From Marsupella aquatica (Eukaryota > Plantae > Marchantiophyta), in NCBI GenBank assembly GCA_973895155.1, contig OZ316893.1, positions 7,960,963-8,024,962 on the forward strand: a DNA stretch of 64,000 bases, given 5' to 3'. The notes beneath the pieces are model-generated. The model did no database searches. It was given only the letters and a program-made list of their open reading frames with translations, and was not told where the DNA came from. Of this stretch, positions 1-12,329 are shown piece after piece. The translations under genes and the position numbers were made by a program. How positions within the stretch are numbered: position 1 is the first letter of the stretch; every line of letters starts with the position of its first letter.

Positions 1-237
1 CTCCCTTGCAATGTTCCCTGCATCTACTCCCGTTTGCAAGGCTTGCCCTAGGATTGCACTCAAAGAAGCAATCCCTGTTGGTGTAGTCAAATCTAAGTGG
101 CTCAACTGTGCTACATTGAGGTGCTCAGCCATCAAATCGGTCCATCGATTCCTCTCCTGCTCCCCATTGCCTTCATTCCCATTGCCACTGTCACTCACCC
201 CTGCCCCATCACCTCCATTTTCTCCACTGGAATCCAT
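1..237 (-). CDS. 5' part of divergent accessory ORF of CACTA element A (runs off window)
   Basis: ATG at 237 with 79 open codons to the window edge (MDSSGENGGDGAG...). Same position and Gly/acidic N-terminus as the ORF starting at 9255 in element B. Confidence 0.55.
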   Translation of the reverse strand, partial: MDSSGENGGDGAGVSDSGNGNEGNGEQERNRWTDLMAEHLNVAQLSHLDLTTPTGIASLSAILGQALQTGVDAGNIARE

Positions 238-1537
238 AGCTAAGCCACCCCCCGAGCGCGCGTGAGCTCCCTTCTCCCTCCCTACGCTTGAAATTTGTCA
301 AATGCCGCTGAGTACGCCGTGGCCGAGTGCAAAAGTACAAGCGGGAAAGACTTGCGAAGCAACCCGTTTCGCAAGTTGCGATCCTTCTAGTTTCGCATGT
401 AGTTTCTCAATTTTGCAAAACCATTGCGACGTGAAAGGCTTCGCAACACCTTCGCTCTCTCGCAGAAATGCTCTCGGGCTCTGTTTTTCTGAAGGTCGTG
501 CAAAAGCAGCAGCTTCGCAAAACTCAATTCTAATTTGTGATGGTATTTGCGAAGGAAGCGGCTTCGCAAGACATTGGCAACTCATCCCGGGGGGAATGTT
601 GGTTTCATTTGAAAGGGTTTTTTTCAAAGGTGAAGTGGACTCCTCTATACTCATATTTGGAATGCTTTTTGGCCATGTTTTGGGTGTTAGATAATAGTTG
701 AAGGCCGGTTTGAAGGGTTAGGCAGATTTCAGGTTAATGGGTTATGTATGGTGTTGGTTTAGGCTAAGGTTTGGGTTTACATTAGTTTAGAAGAAATAAT
801 AAAGGTGTGGGATTTGGTTTACAAGAAATAAGTAAAGTTTGGGTTTAGGGTTTTAGGGTTTGGGGTTTTTAAATAGAAAGGTCTCTAGGGTTGAAGAAAA
901 GTTTGGGTTTGTGTGTAAGTCAGATTTAGGTTTAATAGGTAGGATGCGGTTTGGGGTTGAAGGTTTGGATAAGACAAAGCAAGGTTTCATGAGATTTATA
1001 TTGCAGCCTTTTGGGTTTAAGAGAGGTTCATTGGGTTTATGAATCAAAAAGGGATTGGCATGGGTTTTGCTAACAAAGGAGGAGAATATATGATAGCTTG
1101 GAGGGTGCGGCACTTTTTGATAATTTGATACTAATGCATATGCATTGTGAGAGCCCGGGCATCTGAAAGGTAAACATTGCATGATCGGCTCAAGTGTTCC
1201 TTTCATGTATTTAACACTTTTGGTTGCCACTATGTATAAAGGGGACATGTATATAGGGTTTTTTGTTCTTGTCTGGTCCAGATTATTGTGCTTACATATA
1301 CATGGAATGGTTGCAGCTTTTCCCTCATACTTTCAGATTGGGTTCATTAATTATCTTAGAGCCACAAGACCTATTGGCACTGCTGAGCCCGGGTCTCATA
1401 AAGGTACCTTTTTTATTGCTATGGTCATTTTGGTTTGGGTTTCTTGTCATCATTATTTGGGAACTTTGATTTATATCATTTTGTGGTATGTTTTGGTCAT
1501 AACATGCCCATTTTAATTATATCTTGTTACAGGGGAT

Positions 1538-2690
1538 ATGTCTTCATCTTCTGAAATCTCCACCACAAACTCATCCTCTTCTGATGAAGATACACCACCT
1601 CCACCTCAACATCACACGACCGCACCTCCTCCTCGCGGTCCACCCCGTCAATTTTGTGAATGTTCCAGATGTGTGGGTCAGGTTTCCCAAAAATCTTACA
1701 TATGTGCCCAACATATTGAGAGATATGGGCGTTGTGGACATCATACGGCAGGGGCTTCTTCATCTCATATGGTAAGTGTTATGCCTTAGTTTTCCTACCC
1801 TATTCCCATTACTCAATGGTTGAAGGTTTTTAATTTCACACCTACTTTTGTTTGTTTTGGTTTCGGTGGAATAGGTATCCAATAGGCCTAGACCTGCGGC
1901 ACAAGCACCCTATGTCCCATCACAAGGTGTTCTAGATGCTATAGGCAATGCATTCTCAAAAGCCTTGGGTCTAGCGGCAAGGCCCACCAGTCCTAGGGAA
2001 GTTGGGGTTGAGGCTATTGTCCCAAGAGGGAGAAAGCGTTCCAAGAGGCGGGCCCGAGGGGATACTGATTTGTACAAGGCAGTGGTTACGGGTAGGTGGG
2101 GTGATTGTGAGTTCACTGGCAGATGTGTCCCTATCATCAAGGACTGGGATCCTGAGACTCTTGGTTTGCCACAACAGCTTTCCTATGGTGCGGAGGTAGA
2201 GGTTTGGGGTAGACGTTGGGTTATCAAACCTTCCACACTTGGGGATAGACATGGCTATGGAGTTTTTGCCTGTGAGGACATCATTGTGGACGCCGAGAGT
2301 GGTAGAGGTGGACGCGACCGAGAGGGGCCTACTTTGTTTCCTTATGGTGGACCCATCTACAAGACAAGACATTGGAACATGATCCTTGCACAACACCCTG
2401 AGTGGAAGACTTATGCATTGGACATGGATACTTTTGATGGAAACACTAGAAGGTATAGTGAGCAGCGTGTCATAGATGGGGACCCCATACGGACTGGGAA
2501 TATTGCTGGTTTCATAAACAGTACCGTGGGGACTCGCCCTAAGCGTAGGCAAAATTGTGAGTGGGTTTTCATTGAGGGTCCTCCGCCAGCACCTTATGGC
2601 CAGACATATCATCATGACCATTGCCTAGTTGTAGCGACGAGGACCATTAACTCAGAGGATGAGTTATTTACTCACTATGAGTGGGATTAG
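1538..2690 (+). CDS. Transposon-borne SET-domain protein with N-terminal Cys/His (transposase-associated-like) motif, ~349 aa, exons 1538-1771 and 1875-2690
   Basis: Exon 1 encodes CECSRC...C..HIERYG. Phase-0 intron 1772-1874 (GTAAGT...ATAG). Exon 2 has SET motifs in order: GYGVFACEDI, FPYGG, IDG..GNIAGFINST, NCEW, VVATRTINSEDELFTHY. No internal stop. Confidence 0.8.
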
Positions 2691-2866
2691 GGTTAAGTTA
2701 AGGGTCATAGGTGGTATGTTGCATATCAAAGGACACTACATATGGCCTTTGGCCACATTTTGTATTTTCACCACAACCAATATTATTTCATTTTTGCACA
2801 CCCCTAGCCCATTTTTGTGTGTGTTCTCTTTGCAATATAACTTTCAATTGTTTGCTTTGTTTTTAG

Positions 2867-5800
2867 AATGTGCGACCCTCTCCAAATATGTTACCACGGA
2901 GATTGAGAGCAACATATCGAGAAATGGGTATGCCAGAAGAAGGACATGGATCAGAGTCACACTCCTCATCAAGTGCTAGGGGAAGCAGTAACCCTGATGA
3001 AGAGGTACCTCGGACGGATGAACAAGTAACTGATGACCAGGATAGAGCCATGGATGACTTCATGGTTGATTGGTTTGGTGCCGACAACCCTGGTGATGAC
3101 CTTCCCAATGAAGGGCAGGTGCCCCCCAATGATCCACGCCCAAGACATACCCCTGAGGGACAACGCCAATGGGAAGAAGCAGATGAACATGCCCGAACAC
3201 CTATCTATGAGGGTGCTTGTTTGAGTCGTCTTTCAGCCATCTTGGGGTTGATGAACCTACAGGCCAAACACAAGGCAAGCAATGCCTTGTTATCTGATAT
3301 GTTTGCACTTTGCCATGACCTTATGTTACCCACTGAGAATGTGTTGCCAACAACTTGGAAGGAGGCAAAGAGTGTTCTCTCATCTATTGACATGGAATAT
3401 CATATTGTTCATGCATGTGTGAATGATTGCATGTTATTTCATGGGGCCAATGTAAACATGACACAATGTACAACATGTGATGAGCCTCGCTATGACCCCA
3501 ACATGCTAACAAAGAAGGTGCCAAGGAAGGCTGTTCGTTGGTTTCCCATCATTCCTCGGTTGTTGCACATGTATCGGTGTTCTGACTTGGCAGAGTTGAT
3601 GGTATGGCATAAGACTCATCGATCAGAGTCTGGTGTCATGCGGTTGCCAGTTGACTCCCCTCCTCACAAACATATTGAGGCAACATGGCCAGACTTTGCA
3701 CATGATCCTCGCCATGTGAGGCTAGGATTGGCATCTGATGGAGTTAGCCCTCATTCACTTGGAGGAAAAGGGCAACCTACATCAGTTTGGCCTGTGGTTG
3801 TCATGAATTATAACCTCCCACCATGGCTATCCATGAAGAAAGGGTTCCTTTTATTGTCTTTGATTATCCCAGGTCCAAAAAAGGTGAAGAACTTTGACAC
3901 TTACTTGGCACTATTGGTTGGAGAACTTCAAAAATTATGGAATGGAGTGTGGGCATATGATGGTAGGAAAATTACATGAGGTTTTCCACGTGTCTTTCAA
4001 TTGAGAGGGATCATTTGTTGGACAATGCATGACTATCCTGGTAAGATGACTTCCATGCCATTTGCAACCCTTCAATAATGTGTAGTTCCTATTGTTGTTT
4101 CTCATGTGACAACCCTAACATAAAGTTTGCATGGTTTGATTTCTTCTATGTAAGCAGGGTTTGGTTTTGTCTCTGGATTGCAAACTCAGGGGTACAAAGC
4201 TTGCTCTACTTGTGGCCCAAGCTTAGAGGACATGACCACATATTGTTCATGGATTAGAAAGATTGTTTATATTGGGCATACAAAGTTTCTTCCCATGGGG
4301 CATGAGATGAGGTTTGACCCACTTCTATTCTCCTCCTTTGACATGCCATTTGGTGATGAGCGTGAAATTCCTGATGCAACAAGTTTTGCACATTGGAAGT
4401 CACTAGCTGATAGGGTGGCAGACCCAAATGATTCCTTCACCTTTGATAGGACAGGTTTGACCAGGTGGAGTATACTAGCCACTTTGCCCTATTGGTCTGA
4501 GTTGAAGATCCGCCATCTTTTAGACCCCATGCACATAGAGGGAAATGTGGGGAACTTTGATAAAGCATTTTTATGGGGAGAAGGACACTAATTTTAGGGA
4601 GGCATGCGAGGAGATGGAAATGCATCCAGATGTTTGGGTGACAACTAATCCTATCACAGGTGTGGAGAATCATCCTTCTGCTCCTTGGGTGTTGAGTGTT
4701 GGCCAAAGACGTGAATTTTGGAACCGTATAGGAGAGATGTGGTTTCCTACAGGCTATGGTGCCAACCTTCGAAAAGCTTTTGGGATGGAGGACAATCACA
4801 AGTGGCCACGATATCTGAAGACACATGACTATCATCGCCTATTGCAACATATATTGCCAGTGACAATTATAGGTATAGGGAATGAAGAAGTGCAAGATGC
4901 CATCTGGTCATTGGGTCGTTTGTTGAGATGGATATGCTCAAAGGAGATATATGTAGAAGAGATCCCTGGGATGGAGGTATTGGCAGCTGAGGTGGTATGC
5001 AAGTTGGAGAAAGCCCTTCCTCCTTCTTTCTTTGATTGTCAGGTTCATTTACTTGTGCATCTTGTGCGGGAGGTTGCCATTGCAGGTCCAGTGCATTGTA
5101 GATGGATGTATTGGCTTGAGCGTTACATGGCGGTGTTGAAGGCTTATGTACGTAACCGTGCACGGGTGGAGGGAAGCATAGCTACAGGATACTTGGCAGC
5201 AGAGAGTATGTTTTATTGTAGTAACATCTTGGCCACCATTGATCCTACTTGTCCATGTACTTGGATGGAGGAAAGAGAAGAGGAGGAGGACCGTTTAACA
5301 GGTGCCACAAAAACACGCATGTTGACATCAACAGAGTGGTCACAGTTGACAACATTTATGTTGAGTAATAGTAATATCATGGAGAAATGGAGAGAGTTTT
5401 ATGAGAATGTCAAGAGAACAAGTCAAAGAGCAAGAATTTTTCCTAAGATGCATGAGTATATGAAGCAAAAGTTGCTTGAGTTGGATGACATGGTGACACA
5501 AGGAGGAGATGTGTCCCACTTTCCTACCATCACAGATGACGTTCGGACAATTGTTCATGGCCCTTTGAGAGTGGTGACATCCAAGACGGCTATGTGGACA
5601 CAAGGGAGACACTTCAGGTCCACTAGTACCTAACCTTTCTTCCTCTATTAATTCATGTAGACCTTATTTTGATTAGTTATTTCTATTGTTTAAAAACTTT
5701 CTATTATCATTAATGACATCCATAACTGTAATGTTGGCTTCTATATTTATGCCATAGGCCATGTGGGTTTTGGCTATTTAGGGATGGGTGTCATATTTTG

Positions 5801-6324
5801 ATGATTATTACATTAATGGTATTTTTGTGTAATAAAAATTTGTGGGTTTTGTTAATTTCAGGGTTTCTTCCCTTGATGAGAAGAGGGGTCGTACTTTTGA
5901 TTGTGGAGTTAGCAGCCGCCATGACAAGAACATTGTTAGAGATGTTGTGCCACACTATGGGAAGATAGAGGAGATCTTGGTGGTATCATATGACAACCAT
6001 TCAAAGTTTGAGGAATATGTCTTCAAGTGCAAGTGGTTCAAAGTGAACCTTGTTGGTCAAAATTGCACTGTACTTCAAGATGAGAGTGGGTTTACACGGT
6101 TGAAGACAAGTGCCACTAGTGTTCAAGCATCTCATTGGCAAACGTCAGAACCATTTGCTTTCCCATCACACTTGGAGCAATGTTTCTACATTCCATACCC
6201 CTTAGACACCGAGTGGTCAATTGTCATCACCTATGTGTCACGTTCTCCTTCCATTGTTTCTGAGAAGCCAGATGTTATTGTATCAGACCTAGATGACCTT
6301 GAGGCCGATGAGGACCAAGTGTGA
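2867..6324 (+). pseudogene. CACTA Tnp2/TnpD transposase (Transposase_21, DUF4218, DUF4216), disrupted
   Basis: Motifs HACVNDCMLF, RLGLASDG, SVWPVVVMNYNLPPW, WTMHDYPG, LDPMHIEGN, LKTHDYH, GPVHCRWMYWLERYM and FKCKWF. Introns 4041-4157 and 5618-5861. In-frame TGA at 3977-3979 and a frameshift near 4550. Confidence 0.92.
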
Positions 6325-6799
6325 GGGACATATTTATATGCACTTGGGTCCAGCCTAGACATTTGTTCATGTTATATTTGATTTGTTCATGTTTGGTGAT
6401 ATAAAAAAAGTATTGTCTATATTTATATTTTCCATTCACTTTTGAATGAGTCATACTCATGACATATGTATTGTATTGTTTTATTGTGATCACTTGTGAA
6501 TTTTACATGCAACTTTCTATCTAACCTCTGTTGCTCAATATAACTTTATTTCCTACTTATTCCATAATTTTAATTCTCACCCTCCTGTTTCCCTCCTCCG
6601 TGGTACATCTGTCTCTCCTCCTCCCTTCCTCTTTCTCCTCCCTCCTTCCTCTTCCATTGTACTCCCTCCCTTTTCCATCCTTCATTGTACCTCCCTCCAT
6701 CCTCCATTCCTCTTCCCCCCTGCCCCATCCATATATTGGACCATCCACCCTCTTCATTGTCTCACCTCACAATAATCTTAATTTTTAGTTTGTGAACAA

Positions 6800-7260
6800 T
6801 TTGTGAAGCTCACAAACTCTCACCGGACTCGCAATTTCTATGAAGCTTCTCGTTTCTCAATATTTCCATACTATACTCTTCGCAAACTTGTGATGCAAAA
6901 TCAATCACAAATTTCATATTCTCACCGTTTCGCAAATCTTCCATCCTCCGACATTCTTAAACTTGTCAAACAACTACTATCGCAAAACATTTTCAATCCA
7001 ACCTTCTTCGCAAATATTTACATGAGTTAGTTTTGGAGTCGACGAGCAATTTTCCCGTCTTCAAAAGGCGCCTTTCCATTGGGCGCGTTTCGGTAAATCT
7101 TGCAAAACCACATACTTCGCAACGTATTAGCGATATAATGCGCTTCAAGTATTATATTTGCGATAGGGATAGAATCGCAAATTGCAATGCGGGTTGATTC
7201 GCAAATTATGCAAAGGGCCGCCCATCGGAAATACAAGAGCGTCGACAAAAATACCTTCAC
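6800..7260. repeat. Subterminal repeats of CACTA element A
   Basis: Dense (T)TCGCAA / TTGCGA motifs just inside the TAGTG end. Confidence 0.7.
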
Positions 7261-7284
7261 AAAAGTGTCAAATATGTTGTAGTG

Positions 7285-8168
7285 AATGTTCTCCAAAGCA
7301 TATAGACCATATCCTATATCAGCATCAATAGAGGATGCCTTCACTGTCCAAGGCCGACCCCATATCTGAACTGGTTCATCAACAGGAATGTAATCTGGAA
7401 ATTTGAAGAGACTAGGAGAAAAGTCCTTCCAAACATCGGCAGCCCTACCAATGAGATAAGATAGTCCAAATCTGCCCTCAACGCAAATATAATCTCCGTT
7501 TGTAGGTGGTCGATCACTACCTAACACCTCCTCCCGATTGTCTACCTGGTTCACCGGTTCATACTGCCGTCTACGTCTATGAGACCGTGGACGTGTACGT
7601 AGGACCCTAGTATCCATTTCCTCGGGCCGAGAGACCGGTTCTCCCTCGTCTACATGCGCATGTACGGGGATGGGAGCATGGGGGCTAAGAGGTGGATGGG
7701 CAAGGGGGATGCAAGCAACTCTCTGGCCCTTGCTAGGAACCCTTCCAACCACATAGCATCATCAACCAGAGGACGTGGGGGTCTATGAGGCACCTATTTA
7801 AACACACAGTGAATTTACACAAATCAATACATGAAGTAGTGGTGTTTAAATGCAATCTAATTAATTGAACTAATGAAAGGCTGATATTTATTAAAAGCAA
7901 GATAATGATAGGGGGATGTGTTTATTACCTGGTGTGGCAAATACTCTGGTGCATCACCCTTGTGGCGGCCATAGTTCTCAATGTGCTCACAAGTCTCCCA
8001 AGCTTGTCGGACCACAAGTCCCTTACATCTCACACACCAACAAGGTATGGGCCGTAGTGGTCGAGCACGAGAATGGTCTGGAGGAGGGGGTGGAGGAACC
8101 TCCTCCTCAGACGAGCTTGTGTTTGAGTCTGAATCCGACGTGGAACTGTCGGAAGTAGACATCTGCAT
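7285..8168 (-). pseudogene. Homolog of the Cys/His-SET gene in element B, truncated by insertion of element A
   Basis: Exon 1 (8168-7929) reads Ser/acidic-PPPP-CWCVRC...CEHIENYG. Intron 7928-7794. Exon 2 reaches VQIWGRPWTVKASSIDADIGYGLYALENI (cf. VEVWGRRWVIKPSTLGDRHGYGVFACEDI in A) and then runs straight into the CACTAC end of A. Frameshift near 7700. Confidence 0.8.
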
Positions 8169-9254
8169 GTATCATCACCCATGACATTAAGTTGGATCAA
8201 AGGAAAAGCAATAGCACAAGTATTTATGTCTCAAAAAATAATTGAATGAAAGACATACAAGTCTTGCTATACCTCAATGATACCCGCGCTTTGCTGTGCC
8301 TACTAGGCTATATTCTCTACACACAAAGTGTGGGGGTATCCAAAATATCTGCAGGGTGGCATTTTCATGATGAGCATGATCGGAATTATGCAAAACAAGT
8401 TCATGAAGCACATATGATGAAACTTGCATGCTAAACATAATATAGGGTAAAGGATCAAGGAGAATTAATGGATAGGGACATCATACCTCCTGGATGCGTT
8501 GTCTCACACTATGCATAGTGCATTGACCCAAAAACCCTACCTAAGCCCTTTCAAAAAAAATAACCACCCGTCCAAAAGCAAGGCACTACACATCAAATTA
8601 ACCCAAATGAGCCACATTCGCAATTCAACATGATTAACCAAGGTATATCCTTGGGAATTGAAGTACAAACCCCAAAATTATATCTGCACAGAAGAACTTG
8701 CAAGATGGTTGATCACATCAATCCATGACACAATCAGCAGCTCGCTCGGGTATATCCGTGTCTACATGTACATATGGCCCTACAAAAACCAGTTTCAAAC
8801 ATATATATATGCCCATAAAATGTTAATACAACCGGCCCTTCCCGAATCCAAGCCAATTCATATCCCAAACCCAAAATTAGTTAACCCTGACCCCTATTTA
8901 ATTAAGTAAGATACCCTAAATAACCTTTTCCACTCTTTCCGATGTGATCTACGAGGGGTCCGATGTCCATAGCAACGCACTATGCTTCGGGCCTTGCCAA
9001 GGAAAACAAATGGAGGAGGGGTCCGATGCAACCCGCATCGAAAGGTCCGATACTACATTCGATGTCATCACCATCGAAATGTCCGAAGCGAGGTCCATCG
9101 GACTTTGTTGAAGATTTTGAAAACCCTAAGCCCAATGCGGGTGCGAAGACCCATGCGTCGGGCCTTGCTTCGCACACAATTGTTTTGTTTTTTTGGTTAC
9201 GACCGAGAGGGGAGGAGCTTGGGTAGGAGGGGAGGAGCTCGGGGAGGAGGAGAG

Positions 9255-12022
9255 ATGGTGGAAGGAGGATCAGCTGATGGGGGAGATGAAGCGGGGCCAT
9301 CGCAGACATATGACGAGGTTATGAGGGATTTGTTTGTGGCAAGGGCAGGGCTTTCAGTGGAGGATGCGGCAAGAGTAGTCCCGCTGCTTCAGGTTCTGTT
9401 GGATGCTTCAAAGGGTGAGGGAGAGAAGTCTGCTGCAGCCTCGGGGGTTTCACTTCCATAAAAATGGCATATCACGTGCGACGAAGGATAGGGTCATTTT
9501 ATTGGTTCTAAGGGAAGACTTAAGAATTTTTGTAGAAGAACAACAGGGTCTTTTAAATTCAATTTTGAGACTTATAAGAACATTAGGGTCTTTTTAATCC
9601 AATTTTTAGAATATTCCAAGAATATTCCAACTTTATAGGGGTTAAAAAATAATATTTTTTCTTACATTTTAGGGGGTCTGAGGCCTAAAAACGTCGCAGG
9701 CGATGGGGAGGTCCCCATATAGTGAGACCCCCGAGGCTGCAACAGCAATTGCACCAGAGAAGGAGGCAAAGAAGAAAAGGAAAGAAGTAAAGAGGGCTAG
9801 GGAAGGTGTTGAGGAGGCTCTGTCTCCTCGAAAGAGAGAGAGAAAGCTTTGAAGGGAAGCTAGGGAGGCTAAGAGGGTGCGAGTGGAGGAGCAAAAGCAA
9901 AGGGAGGCTGAAAGAGCTATGCAACCTGAGCTAGCTATCAATTCAGGTGGGGCTCCCTTGCCCAAGAGCTACAACTTCTTCCACAGCCAATTCTTACAGG
10001 TTGTGAGGGCCAATTTTGGGCCACTAGACTACTGGGGAAGGAAAACATAGGATGAGAGGATCAGGGTTCGGGAGTAGATCAAGCAACGATTCAAGAATGG
10101 AGCCTACCTTGACAACAGATTTTTAAACAAGCGAATTTCAGCCTCAATCTCAGACGCAAGGAATCATGTGCGGGACAAGATGAGGGATTACCTTGCTGAT
10201 TTGCCAATAGATGCAGAGGCGGTCAGGGAGCACCAGTGTCCAGACTTGCTTCCTGAGGATGCATGGACAGCTTGGCTTGAGGAGGAGCTATCTGTTCGAG
10301 CCTGGCTGAAGAGACGGCATTGGGACAACGAAATTAGGATTGCAGAGGAGAAAAGAGCAGCTGGGGAGGATGTTGATATCCTCCCCTTCCAACAGAGCCT
10401 TCGACAGTGGGCAGCTGAAGCAACACGGCTTCCAAAACCCCCAACAAGCATCATAGCAGCATTGCAACGAGTGGGAGAGAGACCCATTGTGACTCACCAT
10501 ATGGGGCAAGGCGGCTCCAATCGTTTGAAGGCTGAGTTTGTAAGTGGCTCCTCCCTTCGCCCCCGCTCCTCTCCCTGACCACCTAACTTCTCTTGCAAAA
10601 AGTGAGCCGTTTGCTTGTCAATTTTTGCATATAAGCCTTTGCGAAACATGTTTTTTGCCTTGCGGGACTGTGGTGTCCGATGCTCATCCGATGGTTCTCG
10701 CATCAGAAGCAGCATCAGACCTTGTATTATTCAAATTTTTTAAAGGAACGTCCGATACGCTCCCGATAGAACCCGCATTGGATGTAACATCGGACCCCTC
10801 ATGGTTCCGAGTGTTTATGGAATTCAAATTTAAACAAATCCATTGGCCAGGGCCAATCTAGGATAGGAAAGGGGCGTTGCTAGGACCGTGTGCATTGGAC
10901 CCCTTGTTGGAATGACATTTGTTTTTTTATTTAGAGGATAGGTTAGGGGTTTAGGGTTATTTTTTATTTAGAGGATAGGAGGGGTTTAGGGTTAATTATC
11001 TAATTATGAGTTATAGATTTGTGAGACAGGACACTTTGGTTTAGGCCTGGACTGATTTGGGAGGACATTTCATGGTTGAAACATACTTTATTATGCTAAT
11101 GTGCTCCTTTAATTATAAAATGTCAGGAGTGGGAGTATGGTCGTCCCATTGATCCAAAAGAAAGGGACCTAGCGGCAAAGGAAGGACTTCGGGCTTTGAA
11201 GTGGCACATTGACGATGAGTTGGGAGAGGTAAGGGTTCCCTCGCCCTAGCTAGGTGGCTTAAGGTACTAGTACATTTGTACAGTTTTGACGGGGTTCCTT
11301 CATATTAATTAATCAATTAAATTATGTTGTACAGGATGAGGAGACTTCTGGTAAGGAGGGGTCAGAGGATGAGGACTCAGGATGTGAGGCAGGGTTGGAG
11401 GGTGAGCCAAATGTTGCCCAAACTGTACGTCGAGTAGCCCCGACTATTCCTAGGGTTTCCCCTACTCTTCCTACAGTTGCCCCTACTCCTTCTAGAGTTG
11501 CCCCTACCCTTTCTAGAGTTACCCCCAGATTGGCAAGGAGGGGAGGTGGGTCACATGTTGTTGGTGTGAGCTCCCATCAGTCACAGGGAGCATCACGGGT
11601 TGCAAGGCCAGGGCGTTCCGAGGGTAGTAGAGGTGGTGCTGGCCCAAGCCATCACTCTAGAGTGGCTGGCCCACCTAGCCCTTCCCGTAGAGTCAGTGGT
11701 GACTTGGACGATGGTGGTTCTAGGGGCCGAGCATTGTCCCGTGAGTCAGGTGGGAGCACAGCACGGCATGGGCTAGAGATACCATCTGCAGCTGCAGCCT
11801 CCCATCACTCTAGCAGGTCCGCTGGGGGGTGATGCGTCCTTTCACACTGCTAGGTCGGGGGCTGGTGGGACATCTATTGGGCCTGAGCCCCCTACTGGTG
11901 TATCTAGTGGGTCAGGGGCTACCCCAGCATTAAACCTACCATTCAGTGAGCAGGTACCTGCCAAGGTTGTTTCCCACCCTCGTTCTCGCCAGAAGAAGAA
12001 GGGACGGAAAGCACCATTTTAG
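9255..12022 (+). pseudogene. Accessory (TnpA-position) multi-exon ORF of CACTA element B, disrupted
   Basis: Approximate exons 9255-9446, 9673-10539, 11127-11228 and 11335-12022. Charged helical core and Ser/Gly/Arg/Pro-rich tail. Stops at 9679, 9850, 10048 and 10075, probable frameshift near 11830, and a MITE insertion. Confidence 0.6.
9440..9735 (+). mobile_element. ~296-bp MITE, copy 1
   Basis: TIRs CTCGGGGGTTTCACT / AGTGAGACCCCCGAG. 8-bp TSD GCTGCAGC (9432-9439) / GCTGCAAC (9736-9743). Closely similar inverted copy at 46751-47047. Confidence 0.88.
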
Positions 12023-12329
12023 AGGTCAGTGACATGTAGGTAGGGACATAGAGTTCCATAGCTTTGATTGGATACGAGCAGGTACTATAGTGGTATAGTC
12101 TTTAGTGAGACTTCCATTCAGGTGTTCCGAGGAGCAGTCAGCCTTGAGACGGGCTACTAGGTACCTCGGGCCCATTCCATTTTGTACATATTGGGGTGAT
12201 CCCCTTTTTGGAATCATATTTTGACTACATGTTTTGAGACTCATTTTGGGACTCATTTTGGATTCAAATTGTCCTAGACCCCAAATATGAACCCCATGAA
12301 ACCCTACATTCCCCCCAAGAACTAAAACT

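Larger units (their letters stand above)
1..7284 (+). mobile_element. CACTA/EnSpm element A (left end outside window)
   Basis: Ends in ...AAATATGTTGTAGTG at 7284 (reverse complement CACTACAACATATTT). TTCGCA/TGCGAA-type subterminal repeats at ~6800-7250. Contains a Tnp2-type transposase. The junction truncates the SET-like gene of element B; the expected 3-bp TSD is AAT (7285-7287). Confidence 0.88.

Noticed and set aside
710-1030. Telomere-like TTTAGGG/GGGTTT tracts (also ~10940-10995)
   Set aside because: Short, degenerate and inside CACTA non-coding spacers; not a true telomeric array.
6531-6788. Pyrimidine-rich ORFs
   Set aside because: Low-complexity CT tract in the 3' region of element A; no coding evidence.
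7027-7284. C-terminal part of the 241-aa minus-strand ORF
   Set aside because: It is read-through into the terminus of element A after the insertion point, not part of the SET-like protein.
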